Shown here: positions 1 to 9,811 of the stretch, one piece after another
Layout: each line of letters starts with the position of its first letter
Numbering within the stretch: the stretch's first letter is position 1
Origin: Gammaproteobacteria bacterium
Lineage (GTDB): Bacteria; Pseudomonadota; Gammaproteobacteria; Eutrophobiales; Eutrophobiaceae
Length of the DNA: 64,000 bases
Reading direction: 5' to 3'
Assembly: GCA_003250975.1 (NCBI GenBank)
Contig: QKIY01000028.1
Coordinates: 195,248 to 259,247 of the forward strand
Position numbers and translations under genes: made by a program
The notes under the pieces: generated by a model
Database searches by the model: none
The model's input: the letters and a program-made list of their open reading frames with translations, nothing else
What the model was told of the DNA's origin: nothing

Positions 1-354
1 CAAAAGCGCCTTCAAGGCATCACCGTACAGCCTTTCGGCATTAGCTTCCGATAATTGATCCAGGTAAAGCGATTTACCGAGGTCACTCAGCAGCAAGAAG
101 CCTTTCTCCAGATCACTGGCCAGCACTTCAGGCACATTGAGCCCACCGCCCAGCAGCCGCGATGCGATGTCCATAAACGGCCTGCAGTCCTCCTGAGCGG
201 GGGGGGCGTCCATAACGATAAAAGACTGGCTATCCGTAACCAACCTGAAGTAATGCCGGAAACTTGCATCAACCGATGCCGTTGTCAGCTTGTAGCTGCT
301 ATAACCCAGGTCATGGCGCAACCATTTATGCATCAGGTCTTCGCGTGCGTTCAT
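1..354 (-). CDS. amgK: Aminoglycoside-phosphotransferase-family protein, AmgK-like anomeric MurNAc/GlcNAc kinase (5' part; runs off window)
   Basis: Not in ORF track. Manual translation from ATG at 354: MNAREDLMHKWL...ASVDASFRHYFRL...FIVMDAPPAQEDCRPF...GLNVPEVLASDLEKGFLLLSDLG; the DASFRxYFR and MDAPP motifs are typical of AmgK. Confidence 0.85.
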   Translation of the reverse strand, partial: MNAREDLMHKWLRHDLGYSSYKLTTASVDASFRHYFRLVTDSQSFIVMDAPPAQEDCRPFMDIASRLLGGGLNVPEVLASDLEKGFLLLSDLGKSLYLDQLSEANAERLYGDALKALL

Positions 355-480
355 GAATGTAAGTTCCCCGAAATGCTTGTCTGTGCAGGTAACGTGATCA
401 TTTTCGTGGTTTGGATGTTTATCGAACTTCTCCGGTATTTCTGGCATTATCCCTAGACTGAGTAACTATAAAATAAATTT

Positions 481-1449
481 ATGCTTTTTGAATCTCTCGG
501 TATTATCGGCGGCTTGGTCCTGCTCGTATTTGGCGCAGACCGTTTTGTTGCCGGCGCCGCAAATATCGCCCGGAATATGGGTGTCTCGCCATTGATTATC
601 GGTGTCAGTATTGTCGGGATTGCCACATCTGCGCCCGAAATCCTGGTCAGTACCGCTGCTGCACTCGAGGGCAAATCAGAGATTGCTATAGGTAATGCCA
701 TTGGCTCCAATATTGCCAATATCGGCATGGTGCTGGGATTAACCGCCATCATATTACCGCTGTCAATTTCCTCCAAAACCCTGAGGCGAGAATATCTTTT
801 AATGTTTCTCTCCGCCGTCATCGCGGTAACGGTAATGCTTGATCTTGACCTGAGCCGCGTGGATTCACTGATACTGCTCAGTGTGCTTGCCTTTTTTATC
901 TGGTGGATCGTTCAAATGGCAAAGCGCTCTCTCTATACCGATCCCCTTGTCGGGGAATTTGAACAGGAATTGGCAGAAGTCACTTCTTTGCCACGCTCAA
1001 TTTTACTAACCTTTTTCGGTCTGTTATTACTACTCGCTGGGGCCGAGCTGCTGGTGCACTCTGCCGTTGCCCTTGCCAGATACTTCGGCATCAGTGACCT
1101 GGTCATCGGCCTGACCATCATTGCCGTGGGGACCAGCCTGCCGGAACTCGCCGCCTCTATTATGAGTGTTATCAAGAACGAGGCGGACATCGCCGTGGGT
1201 AATATCCTGGGCTCCAATATGTTTAACATGCTGGCGGTTATCGGTGTCCCGACCCTGATCAAACCTACACCAATCGCCCAGGAAGTCCTGTCCCGTGATC
1301 TGCCTGTCATGTTCGGGTTGACCGTGCTGATGGGTTTGATGGCCTTCAGGCACAAAGAAGGAAGATTTGCCCGTATCGAAGGGATCGTTTTACTGATATG
1401 TTTTGTGCTGTACCAGTTCTGGCTGTTTTCAAATATTACAAACATATGA
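481..1449 (+). CDS. yrbG: Ca2+/Na+ antiporter (CaCA family, YrbG)
   Basis: Two alpha repeats GIATSAPE / VGTSLPE plus GNAIGSNIAN / GNILGSNMFN; upstream of kdsD as in the conserved operon. Confidence 0.92.
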   Translation: MLFESLGIIGGLVLLVFGADRFVAGAANIARNMGVSPLIIGVSIVGIATSAPEILVSTAAALEGKSEIAIGNAIGSNIANIGMVLGLTAIILPLSISSKTLRREYLLMFLSAVIAVTVMLDLDLSRVDSLILLSVLAFFIWWIVQMAKRSLYTDPLVGEFEQELAEVTSLPRSILLTFFGLLLLLAGAELLVHSAVALARYFGISDLVIGLTIIAVGTSLPELAASIMSVIKNEADIAVGNILGSNMFNMLAVIGVPTLIKPTPIAQEVLSRDLPVMFGLTVLMGLMAFRHKEGRFARIEGIVLLICFVLYQFWLFSNITNI

Positions 1450-1459
1450 GAAGCCGTTA

Positions 1460-2452
1460 ATGCGCCATGACGATTCAACAGCCGAGACCAGGAAACTGAT
1501 TGATCTTGGTCAGGCAGTGATCAAGACAGAAGCGGATGCTGTATCCGATTTGCTCGGACGTATCGACAAAAACTTCGCTGAGGCCTGCATGTTGATCCTT
1601 GCCTGCAAGGGACGCACCGTGGTGACTGGCATGGGCAAGTCCGGGCATATCGGTAACAAGATTGCCGCCACCCTGGCCAGTACCGGGACACCTGCCTTTT
1701 TTGTCCACCCCGGCGAGGCAAGTCACGGTGACCTGGGCATGATTACCCAGGATGATGTCGTCATTGCCCTATCTAATTCCGGTGAAACAGATGAACTGCT
1801 CACCCTCCTGCCAGTTATCAAGCGTCTGAACGTCCCGCTCATTGCATTGACGGGAAACACCACCTCCAGCCTTGCTGAGGCATCAACCGTTACCCTGGAT
1901 GTCGGGGTGGCGAAGGAGGCCTGCCCGCTGGGACTGGCGCCAACCTCAAGCACCACGGCCGCCCTGGCAATGGGCGATGCCATGGCGATTGCATTACTTG
2001 AGAAACGTGGTTTCAGTTCGGATGATTTTGCCCGTGCCCATCCCGGCGGCACGCTGGGCAGGCGCCTGCTCCTGCACGTAGAAGATATTATGCATACCGG
2101 CCCTGACCTGCCGAAGGTGTCCGAGACCACCCTGCTCAAGGATGCGCTATTGGTCATGACTGCAAAAGGTCTGGGCACGACAGCCATCCTCGATGACGAA
2201 GAACATGTCATCGGGATCTTTACAGATGGCGATTTGAGGCGGGCCCTTGATAATGAAATTGATGTACATAAGACAATAATCGGTGATGTCATGACACGAA
2301 ACTTCAAATCCATCACCCGGGAAAAGCTCGCGGCCGAGGCCCTGGCGACCATGGAAAAGTACAAAATAAACGCATTGCCTGTTCTGGATGATGACACTCG
2401 CCTGATCGGGATACTGAACATGCACGATCTGCTGCGCGCCAGGGTGCTCTAG
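1460..2452 (+). CDS. kdsD: Arabinose-5-phosphate isomerase (SIS + CBS pair)
   Basis: TGMGKSGHIG, HPGEASHGDLG, APTSSTTA, HPGGTLG; start moved to the ATG at 1460, after the yrbG stop. Confidence 0.95.
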   Translation: MRHDDSTAETRKLIDLGQAVIKTEADAVSDLLGRIDKNFAEACMLILACKGRTVVTGMGKSGHIGNKIAATLASTGTPAFFVHPGEASHGDLGMITQDDVVIALSNSGETDELLTLLPVIKRLNVPLIALTGNTTSSLAEASTVTLDVGVAKEACPLGLAPTSSTTAALAMGDAMAIALLEKRGFSSDDFARAHPGGTLGRRLLLHVEDIMHTGPDLPKVSETTLLKDALLVMTAKGLGTTAILDDEEHVIGIFTDGDLRRALDNEIDVHKTIIGDVMTRNFKSITREKLAAEALATMEKYKINALPVLDDDTRLIGILNMHDLLRARVL

Positions 2453-2456
2453 GCCC

Positions 2457-2984
2457 ATGCAATCCGTAATTGCCAAGGCAAAACAGATCAAACTCGTGGT
2501 GTTTGATGTCGACGGGGTGCTCACGGACGGCGGTCTGATCCTTGGAGAGAGCGGAGATGAATACAAGATCTTCCATGTACGCGACGGGCTGGGTCTAGTC
2601 ATGTTGCGTGACAATGGCTTTCATCTGGCTGTCATCACAGCACGTACCTCAAAGATCGTGGCTGAGCGAATGAATTCACTGGGAATCGAATATGTTTATC
2701 AGGGACAGGAACAAAAGGCCGTTGCATTGAACGCACTCATGAAGAAACTTGGCGTCAGCAAGGAGGAGATCGCATACGTAGGTGACGATTTCCTGGACCT
2801 GCCTGCGATGCGCCTGACCGGACTCACCATCGCCGTTGCCGATGCGCACCCCCTGGTGCGCGAGAAAGTGGACTGGGTCACGCACGCGAAGGGCGGGCAT
2901 GGCGCTGCAAGAGAAGTCTGTGAAATGCTGCTTGAGGCCCAGGGCAAGCTGGACCCCCTGATCCAGAATTTCCTCGGTACCTGA
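2457..2984 (+). CDS. kdsC: KDO-8-phosphate phosphatase (HAD family)
   Basis: FDVDGVLTDG, GDDFLD, GGHGAAREVCE. Confidence 0.95.
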   Translation: MQSVIAKAKQIKLVVFDVDGVLTDGGLILGESGDEYKIFHVRDGLGLVMLRDNGFHLAVITARTSKIVAERMNSLGIEYVYQGQEQKAVALNALMKKLGVSKEEIAYVGDDFLDLPAMRLTGLTIAVADAHPLVREKVDWVTHAKGGHGAAREVCEMLLEAQGKLDPLIQNFLGT

Positions 2985-3016
2985 AACCTGACGCTTGTAA
3001 TCACGGTAAATTATAT

Positions 3017-3586
3017 ATGTCTACTCGCTGGAAAATTCTCATCGCTATCGCACCGCTGGCGCTTCTCTCCGCCTGGCTGTTCAATGCCGTTAATAAGGAG
3101 ACGGTGACTCCGGGTCCTACCGCGCGCCAGGGACCAGATTATTACATGGTGAACTTCCACTCTCTTGGTATGGACATCAACGGCCGGCCGGACAAAACCC
3201 TTGATGCCCGCTACATGACGCACTATGCAGACCAGGAACTAACCGAACTCGACAAACCGCTTCTGACGGTCTATCGGGAGCCAGGTCTGCCCACGTATAT
3301 TTCGGCCATGAAGGGCAAGGTCAGCGGGGGAAATGAGATTATCCTGTTGCAGGATGATGTAAAATTATGGCGTGAAGGACCGCACGGTAACAGGGAAATG
3401 GAAGTGCAGACCTCCAGGGCAACGCTTTATATTGCGACTGAAATTGCAGAAACCGACAGACCCGCTACCCTGATCCATAACACATCCCGGACGGATACAG
3501 TAGGCCTACGGGCCTTTTTTAAAGAAAACCGGCTTGAACTCCTGAGTAATGTACAGACAACTATACTACCGGAAACTGTTGATTAG
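3017..3586 (+). CDS. lptC: LPS export periplasmic protein LptC
   Basis: N-terminal TM, PDYYM..F, beta-jellyroll-like sequence; position between kdsC and lptA. Confidence 0.85.
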   Translation: MSTRWKILIAIAPLALLSAWLFNAVNKETVTPGPTARQGPDYYMVNFHSLGMDINGRPDKTLDARYMTHYADQELTELDKPLLTVYREPGLPTYISAMKGKVSGGNEIILLQDDVKLWREGPHGNREMEVQTSRATLYIATEIAETDRPATLIHNTSRTDTVGLRAFFKENRLELLSNVQTTILPETVD

Positions 3587-4097
3587 CGTCCTCTGCCTGC
3601 TAACAGGCCTGTTGCCGACCGCCCCTGCCTGGGGACTGTCAACCGACCGGGACCAACCGATTGAAATCGAAGCTGATGCGGCCGAACTGGATGATGAAAA
3701 AAAGGTAACTGTCTACACGGGTAATGTCGTCGTGATACAGGGAAGCATCCGTATGACCGGTGACACAATGACAGTCTATTACACTTCTGAGAACGAACTC
3801 GACGTAGTTATCTTGGACGGTAAACCTGCAACCTATCGCCAACTGCCTGACGACAGCGAAGTCTATGACGAGGCAGAGGCACTGCACATGGAATACTATG
3901 GGAAAGACAACTTGATTATCCTGACTGAAAAGGCCCTCGTAAAACAGGAAGGCCTGCGGTTTAGTGGCAAAAGGATTGAGTATGATACGGTGAAGAGCCG
4001 AATAAAGGCCCGTGGTGATACAAAAACACAAATGGGATCTGATGAAAGTGACGAAAACGGCAGGGTAAGGATCACCATTCAACCCAGGAAAAAATAA
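3549..4097 (+). CDS. lptA: LPS transport periplasmic protein LptA
   Basis: Signal peptide then LSTDRDQPIEIEAD, YTGNVVVIQG, GRVRITIQP. Confidence 0.92.
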   Translation: MYRQLYYRKLLISVLCLLTGLLPTAPAWGLSTDRDQPIEIEADAAELDDEKKVTVYTGNVVVIQGSIRMTGDTMTVYYTSENELDVVILDGKPATYRQLPDDSEVYDEAEALHMEYYGKDNLIILTEKALVKQEGLRFSGKRIEYDTVKSRIKARGDTKTQMGSDESDENGRVRITIQPRKK

Positions 4098-4154
4098 AAC
4101 AACGACACAGCAAATACTGCCTGCAGTAACAATGGTAACTGTTCGGCCACCACA

Positions 4155-4880
4155 ATGAGCAAACTCAGCGCAAAAAACCTGCAAAAGTCATTTCGATCAC
4201 GCATAGTTGTACATGACGTCAGCCTTTCTGTAGAGACCGGGGAAATCGTCGGTCTGCTCGGGCCTAATGGCGCGGGTAAGACAACCAGCTTCCACATAAT
4301 TGTGGGCCTGATACCTGCTGATAAGGGTAATATCGATATTGACGGGACGGAAATCAGTAATCTCAGTATGGATGCCCGCTCACACCTTGGACTGGGTTAC
4401 CTCCCGCAACAGACCTCAATCTTCCGACGACTTTCCGTGAGCGAGAATATCATGGCCATACTGGAGACCCGTAAAGAGCTCAGCCAACAGGATCGGCAAA
4501 ACCGCCTGGACAGGTTGCTTGACGAGTTTCATATCGCCCACCTGCATAACAGTCTTGGGGCAAGCCTGTCGGGTGGAGAGAAACGGCGTGTGGAGATCGC
4601 TCGGGCATTGGCTTCGGCACCCAAGTTTCTTTTGCTCGATGAACCCTTTGCCGGCATTGATCCTATTTCAATCAATGACATACAGCAGATTACCCGTTAT
4701 CTCAGTGAAAACGGCATTGGTATCCTCATCACAGACCACAACGTGAGGGAAACGCTGGGCAGCTGTGACCGTGCCTATATTGTTAATGAAGGGCACATCA
4801 TCGCAGAAGGAGAACCAGGCGACATTTTGGCAAACCAACAGGTCAGGGATGTTTATCTCGGAGAGAAATTCAATCTTTGA
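4155..4880 (+). CDS. lptB: LPS export ABC ATPase LptB
   Basis: [45 protein letters not shown]. Confidence 0.97.
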   Translation: MSKLSAKNLQKSFRSRIVVHDVSLSVETGEIVGLLGPNGAGKTTSFHIIVGLIPADKGNIDIDGTEISNLSMDARSHLGLGYLPQQTSIFRRLSVSENIMAILETRKELSQQDRQNRLDRLLDEFHIAHLHNSLGASLSGGEKRRVEIARALASAPKFLLLDEPFAGIDPISINDIQQITRYLSENGIGILITDHNVRETLGSCDRAYIVNEGHIIAEGEPGDILANQQVRDVYLGEKFNL

Positions 4881-4935
4881 CCTATTCAGGGTTCTGCAAA
4901 CCCTTTCTTTATTATTTTGAGTTAAAATTATCCTT

Positions 4936-6381
4936 ATGAAGGCCTCATTACAACTCAAGCTTGGTCAGAACCTGACCATGACTCCACAACTGCAACAGGC
5001 AATACGCCTGTTGCAGTTGTCGAGCGTTGAGCTACAGATGGAAATCCAGCAGGCCCTGGAAACCAATATGATGCTGGAGCTCGAGGAAGACAATGAGAAC
5101 GGGGATGAGAACCCGGTTACTGCAGAAGAATTCATGAGGTCGGTCGAAGATACCGATCTGCAGGACGCTGAGAATATCCCGGAAGAATTGCCGGTGGACA
5201 GCCGCTGGGACGATATTTATGACAGCAGCCTGAATTATTCCTCCTTTGCCGGCGAAAAAGACACGAGCTTTTATGAAGGCCAGGATATTGAGGAAAAAAG
5301 CCTGCACAGCCATTTGTTATGGCAATTAAATCTGACGCAAACGAGCGAGAAAGACAAGGCCATCGCCATTGCGCTCATTGATTCCCTTGATGACGACGGT
5401 TACCTGGGTTGCAGTCTTGAGGACATCGCCGAATCCGTTGGTGAGGATCTCGAAATTGAAATGGACGAGATTGAGGCCGTACTTCATCTGATACAGTCCA
5501 TGGATCCCCCCGGCGTCGGCGCTAGGGACCTGCGTGAATGCCTCTTGCTGCAGCTGTCGCAGATCGATGCAAACACGCCTTATCTTGACAAGGCAAAGGA
5601 ACTGGTCAGCCGCCATCTGCAGGTTATGGCCGGCAAGGACTTTAATCAGCTTATGCGACGCCTCAAGGTATCCCAGGAAGACCTGGAAAATATAATCGGC
5701 TTGATTCAGACGATGAGCCCCCGGCCCGGGTCCGGAATCCAGGCAGCAACTACAGAATATATAATCCCGGATGTTTATGTTAGGAAGGAAAAAGGTGTCT
5801 GGCGTGTTGAGCTTAACACCGAAGCGATTCCACAATTGAGAATCAACAACAGATACGCCAATATGATCCGGCGCGCAGACAATAGCGCCGATAATACATC
5901 GCTCAAGTCCCACCTTCAGGAAGCACGCTGGTTTATTAAAAGCCTACAAAGCAGGAGCGAAACCTTGCTAAAGGTGGCAAGTACCATTGTCGAGAAGCAG
6001 CGCGCATTTCTTGAACACGGGGAAGAGGCCATGAAACCCATGGTATTGCACGACATCGCCGAATCGCTTGACCTGCACGAGTCCACAATATCAAGAGTGA
6101 CTACACGTAAATACATGCACACGCCACGTGGCATATATGAGTTAAAGTATTTCTTCTCGAGTCAGGTCAGCACTGAAGAAGGTGGTTCGGCTTCATCTAC
6201 AGCTATCAGGGCGCTCATTAAAAAGCTGATCAATGAGGAATCACACAAGAAACCGCTGAGTGACAGCAAGATTGCCCAGCTATTATCATCACAGGGGATA
6301 CGGGTTGCTCGCAGGACGGTTGCAAAATACCGCGAGGTCATGGCAATTCCGCCTTCCAATGAGAGAAAACGTCTTATATAA
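4936..6381 (+). CDS. rpoN: RNA polymerase sigma-54 factor
   Basis: [15 protein letters not shown] region I; HESTISR; RpoN box [10 protein letters not shown]. Confidence 0.98.
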   Translation: MKASLQLKLGQNLTMTPQLQQAIRLLQLSSVELQMEIQQALETNMMLELEEDNENGDENPVTAEEFMRSVEDTDLQDAENIPEELPVDSRWDDIYDSSLNYSSFAGEKDTSFYEGQDIEEKSLHSHLLWQLNLTQTSEKDKAIAIALIDSLDDDGYLGCSLEDIAESVGEDLEIEMDEIEAVLHLIQSMDPPGVGARDLRECLLLQLSQIDANTPYLDKAKELVSRHLQVMAGKDFNQLMRRLKVSQEDLENIIGLIQTMSPRPGSGIQAATTEYIIPDVYVRKEKGVWRVELNTEAIPQLRINNRYANMIRRADNSADNTSLKSHLQEARWFIKSLQSRSETLLKVASTIVEKQRAFLEHGEEAMKPMVLHDIAESLDLHESTISRVTTRKYMHTPRGIYELKYFFSSQVSTEEGGSASSTAIRALIKKLINEESHKKPLSDSKIAQLLSSQGIRVARRTVAKYREVMAIPPSNERKRLI

Positions 6382-6421
6382 GTGTCTATAACAATAAAAT
6401 CATCAAACCAGGAGCTATCAT

Positions 6422-6748
6422 ATGCAAATCAGCATCACCGGACATCATATTGACATTACAGACGCACTTCGTTCATATGTAGAAAGCAAGTTTACCCGCC
6501 TTGAAAGACACTTCGATAACATGACCAATATTCATGTAATTCTGGGTATTGAAAAAGAACGACAAAAGGCTGAGGCAACTATCCATGTCAGTCGTGGCAA
6601 TATATATGCCGATATTGAACATGAAGATATGTATGCCGCAATTGACGGGTTAATAGACAAACTTGATCGGCAACTGAAAAAACACAAGGAAAAACTAACG
6701 AAACATCGCAGGGGTGACTCTCCCCTAAAAAACCAGGAAATTTCTTGA
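6422..6748 (+). CDS. hpf: Ribosome hibernation promoting factor (short HPF)
   Basis: MQISITGHHIDITDALR..., DMYAAID..DKLDRQL. Confidence 0.95.
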   Translation: MQISITGHHIDITDALRSYVESKFTRLERHFDNMTNIHVILGIEKERQKAEATIHVSRGNIYADIEHEDMYAAIDGLIDKLDRQLKKHKEKLTKHRRGDSPLKNQEIS

Positions 6749-6780
6749 TAGCCATATCAGCCACGAGGGTTCCCAGAATT

Positions 6781-7236
6781 ATGCAGATCTCGGAAATCAT
6801 TTCGGCTGACATGATACGGTGCAGTGTGCAGGCCTCCAGCAAAAAAGGCGCACTTGAAGAATTGTCCAAGCTGCTGGCAGGCTCCGAATCTTCACTTAGC
6901 TATACGGAGATTTTTGACTGCTTTACCTCGAGGGAGCGTCTGGGCAGTACGGGTCTGGGGAATGGAATTGCTATCCCTCACGGCCGTTTAAAACATATTA
7001 ATGCCCCTATTGCAGCGTTTGTGCAGCTTGAAAAAGCCGTCGATTACGATGCCGTAGACCAGAAACCGGTTGATCTGCTGTTTGGCCTGCTCGTACCCGA
7101 AGACTCAACGGATGAGCATCTCCAAATTCTTGCATCACTTGCAACCATGTTCAGCGATCATGACATTGTATCGAAACTGCGTGCAGGACAATCCGCCCAG
7201 GAACTACTTGAAACACTTACCAGCAACAAGGCATGA
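6781..7236 (+). CDS. ptsN: PTS IIA(Ntr) nitrogen regulatory protein
   Basis: RERLGSTGLGNGIAIPHGR; start set at ATG 6781. Confidence 0.95.
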   Translation: MQISEIISADMIRCSVQASSKKGALEELSKLLAGSESSLSYTEIFDCFTSRERLGSTGLGNGIAIPHGRLKHINAPIAAFVQLEKAVDYDAVDQKPVDLLFGLLVPEDSTDEHLQILASLATMFSDHDIVSKLRAGQSAQELLETLTSNKA

Positions 7237-8261
7237 GCGATATCCATAATAATATTCTCGTTGATGAACTCTTCCGGATTCATCAGGAAAAACTCGGGCT
7301 GCAGTGGATTGCGGGCCAACAGGGCGGCAAGAGACAGATCATCCCGGAAGAAATTAGGGGAAAGCCGGCTGACGAGGCTGATGATGATATCAATAATTCC
7401 CGCGGTCCAAGTACTAAGGCCACAAAACGTGGGCAGCGGCCATCTCTGATCGGTTACCTTAACCTGATACACCCTCACCAGATTCAGGTGCTTGGAGACA
7501 TTGAATTGAAATACCTTGAAGGACTCAGGGATATATCAAGGCAGGACGCGCTGCGGCAGCTTTTTTCGCACCAGCCAGCTTGCCTCATTATCACCGACGG
7601 CATTGAAACTCCCGTCTTTCTCAAGCGTAAATGCAACGAAAATAGCGTACCATTATTCACCTCTCTGCTCAGCAGCAACAAGCTGACAGACACGCTGCAT
7701 TACTATCTGGCCAATTTCTTTGCTGACATCATAACTATGCATGGTGTATTTATGGAAGTGAATGCCATTGGCGTTCTCCTGACAGGACCGAGCGGGATAG
7801 GAAAAAGCGAGTTGGCCCTTGATCTGATTACCCGGGGACACCGGCTCGTCGCGGATGATGCTCCACAATTTTCACGCATTGCGCCGGACATTATCAACGG
7901 CACATGTCCGGCTCCGTTACAGGACTTTCTGGAGGTTCGCGGCCTGGGCATTATCAACGTCAGGAAACTGTTCGGTGACAGCGCCATCAAGATTAATAAA
8001 TATCTCCGGCTGATTGTCTGCCTGGAGCCCATGGATAAGGAAGGATTGCTGGGCCTCGACAGACTCGAAGGCAGTTATCGGACACGGCGTGTACTTGATA
8101 TCGAGATCCCTGAAATCACAGTGCCAGTTGCTCCCGGGCGCAACCTGGCAGTCTTGCTTGAATGTGCGGCACGCAACCACATGCTCTGGGTAAGCGGTTA
8201 TAACGCCTCTAAGGAATTTTCGGGACGTCAACAAAGCCTGATTGAACATGGAGAAAAATAA
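7233..8261 (+). CDS. hprK: HPr(Ser) kinase/phosphorylase
   Basis: HGVFMEV, GPSGIGKSELAL, LVADD, LEVRGLGII, PGRNLA. Confidence 0.96.
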   Translation: MSDIHNNILVDELFRIHQEKLGLQWIAGQQGGKRQIIPEEIRGKPADEADDDINNSRGPSTKATKRGQRPSLIGYLNLIHPHQIQVLGDIELKYLEGLRDISRQDALRQLFSHQPACLIITDGIETPVFLKRKCNENSVPLFTSLLSSNKLTDTLHYYLANFFADIITMHGVFMEVNAIGVLLTGPSGIGKSELALDLITRGHRLVADDAPQFSRIAPDIINGTCPAPLQDFLEVRGLGIINVRKLFGDSAIKINKYLRLIVCLEPMDKEGLLGLDRLEGSYRTRRVLDIEIPEITVPVAPGRNLAVLLECAARNHMLWVSGYNASKEFSGRQQSLIEHGEK

Positions 8262-8263
8262 CC

Positions 8264-9130
8264 ATGCCAGAGCAACGGCGGCTTATTATTATTAGCGGGC
8301 TGTCGGGGGCAGGAAAAACCATTGCGCTGAATACGCTCGAGGATATTGGCCTTTATTGCATAGATAACCTTCCGGTCAGCCTGCTGACGGATCTGACCAA
8401 TCAAATAGCCGACGGAACCATCAAGGCCACGACAGAAATTGCCATCGGGATAGATGCGCGCAGTCCCACCCGTGACATCAAAACTCTTCCGGACATCATT
8501 AATAATCTCAAAAAAAAGGATCTCAATGTAGACCTTGTGTTTGTCGAAGCCAACGATGATGTCCTTACACGCAGATTCAGCGAAACACGACGCAAGCATC
8601 CATTGTCCAACCGGAACGTATCTCTAGCGAGCGCTATTAAAAAAGAACGGCAAATCATGCAGACGCTCTGCGAGCACGCGGATATTAGGATAGATACCTC
8701 GCACACACTCATGCATGATCTGCGCGATATAGTCCGCAAGCGCGTTGCCAACCGTCCCTTGTCATCAATGTCCATACAGTTTGTTTCATTCGGTTACAAG
8801 CATGGCATACCCAGGGACGCAGATTATGTATTTGATGTCAGATGCCTCCCAAATCCTTACTGGGAAAAGAGCTTGAGAAATCTTTCGGGTAAGGATAAAG
8901 ACGTCATTCACTTTTTAACAAAACAGGAGGGCGTCGCGCAGATGATCGCGGATATCAGAAACTTTATGGACACATGGGTCCCACTTTTTGAAGCGGAGAA
9001 CCGTAGTTACTTATGTGTCGCAGTAGGTTGTACGGGAGGGCGTCACCGTTCTGTATATATTGTTGAAAAGCTGTCAGAATATTTTCACAAGAAGAAAAAG
9101 CACGTGATCACAATACATCGGGATATTTAG
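8264..9130 (+). CDS. rapZ: RNase adapter / P-loop protein RapZ
   Basis: SGLSGAGKT, DNLP, RRFSETRRKHPL, FDVRCLPNPYW, GCTGGRHRSV. Confidence 0.96.
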   Translation: MPEQRRLIIISGLSGAGKTIALNTLEDIGLYCIDNLPVSLLTDLTNQIADGTIKATTEIAIGIDARSPTRDIKTLPDIINNLKKKDLNVDLVFVEANDDVLTRRFSETRRKHPLSNRNVSLASAIKKERQIMQTLCEHADIRIDTSHTLMHDLRDIVRKRVANRPLSSMSIQFVSFGYKHGIPRDADYVFDVRCLPNPYWEKSLRNLSGKDKDVIHFLTKQEGVAQMIADIRNFMDTWVPLFEAENRSYLCVAVGCTGGRHRSVYIVEKLSEYFHKKKKHVITIHRDI

Positions 9131-9139
9131 GATATTTCT

Positions 9140-9535
9140 ATGAGTGTTGGACTGCTTATTATCAGCCACAATGGTATCGGGCCTTCGATGCTTGGGACGG
9201 CGACATTCATGCTGGGAAACTGCCCATTGCAGGCCAAATTGCTTACCGCGTCCAGAGACTGTGATCCGGATGAGCTTATTGCCGAGGCCAATGAACAAAT
9301 TGAGCTTCTTGACGAAGGAGAGGGCGTGCTCATATTGACGGACCTTTATGGTTCAACGCCATCCAACATTGCCGGCAGGCTGTGCAAGAAAAACAACGTG
9401 TATACGGTTACCGGGTTGAACCTGTCCATGCTGATTCGCGTATTGAACTACCCGGACCTGAGTCTAAAGGAACTGGCGGAAAAGGCTTACACTGGTGGGC
9501 TGGACGGGATAAAGACGATTAGCAATGAAGATTAA
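9140..9535 (+). CDS. PTS mannose/fructose-type EIIA component
   Basis: LLIISHNGIG, LILTDLYGSTPSN, GLNLSMLIR. Confidence 0.9.
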   Translation: MSVGLLIISHNGIGPSMLGTATFMLGNCPLQAKLLTASRDCDPDELIAEANEQIELLDEGEGVLILTDLYGSTPSNIAGRLCKKNNVYTVTGLNLSMLIRVLNYPDLSLKELAEKAYTGGLDGIKTISNED

Positions 9536-9541
9536 ACAATC

Positions 9542-9811
9542 ATGGCAAGCAGGACACTTACTATTATCAACAAGCTTGGTTTGCATGCACGGGCAGCTGC
9601 ACGGTTTGTACAGGTCGCCTCAGAGTTTGAGAGTGATATAAATGTGATCCACGGGAATAAGGAAGTTAACGGCAAGAGTATCATGGGAGTGATGATGCTT
9701 GCGGCCGGCAGGGGCACTGAAATAAAGCTAGTGGCCAACGGCCCTGACGAGGACAGCGCGCTGGATAAGCTTCAGGGACTAATAGAAGGCCGTTTTGGAG
9801 AAGACGAATGA
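9542..9811 (+). CDS. ptsH: HPr/NPr phosphocarrier protein
   Basis: NKLGLHARAAA (His15), GKSIMGVMML (Ser46). Confidence 0.95.
   Translation: MASRTLTIINKLGLHARAAARFVQVASEFESDINVIHGNKEVNGKSIMGVMMLAAGRGTEIKLVANGPDEDSALDKLQGLIEGRFGEDE

Noticed and set aside
55-456. 133-aa plus-strand ORF from the track
   Set aside because: Antisense shadow of amgK, which has clear family motifs on the minus strand.
6123-6132. GCCACGTGGC palindrome in rpoN as a parS
   Set aside because: Only the CACGTG core matches; the TGTT/AACA arms are absent.
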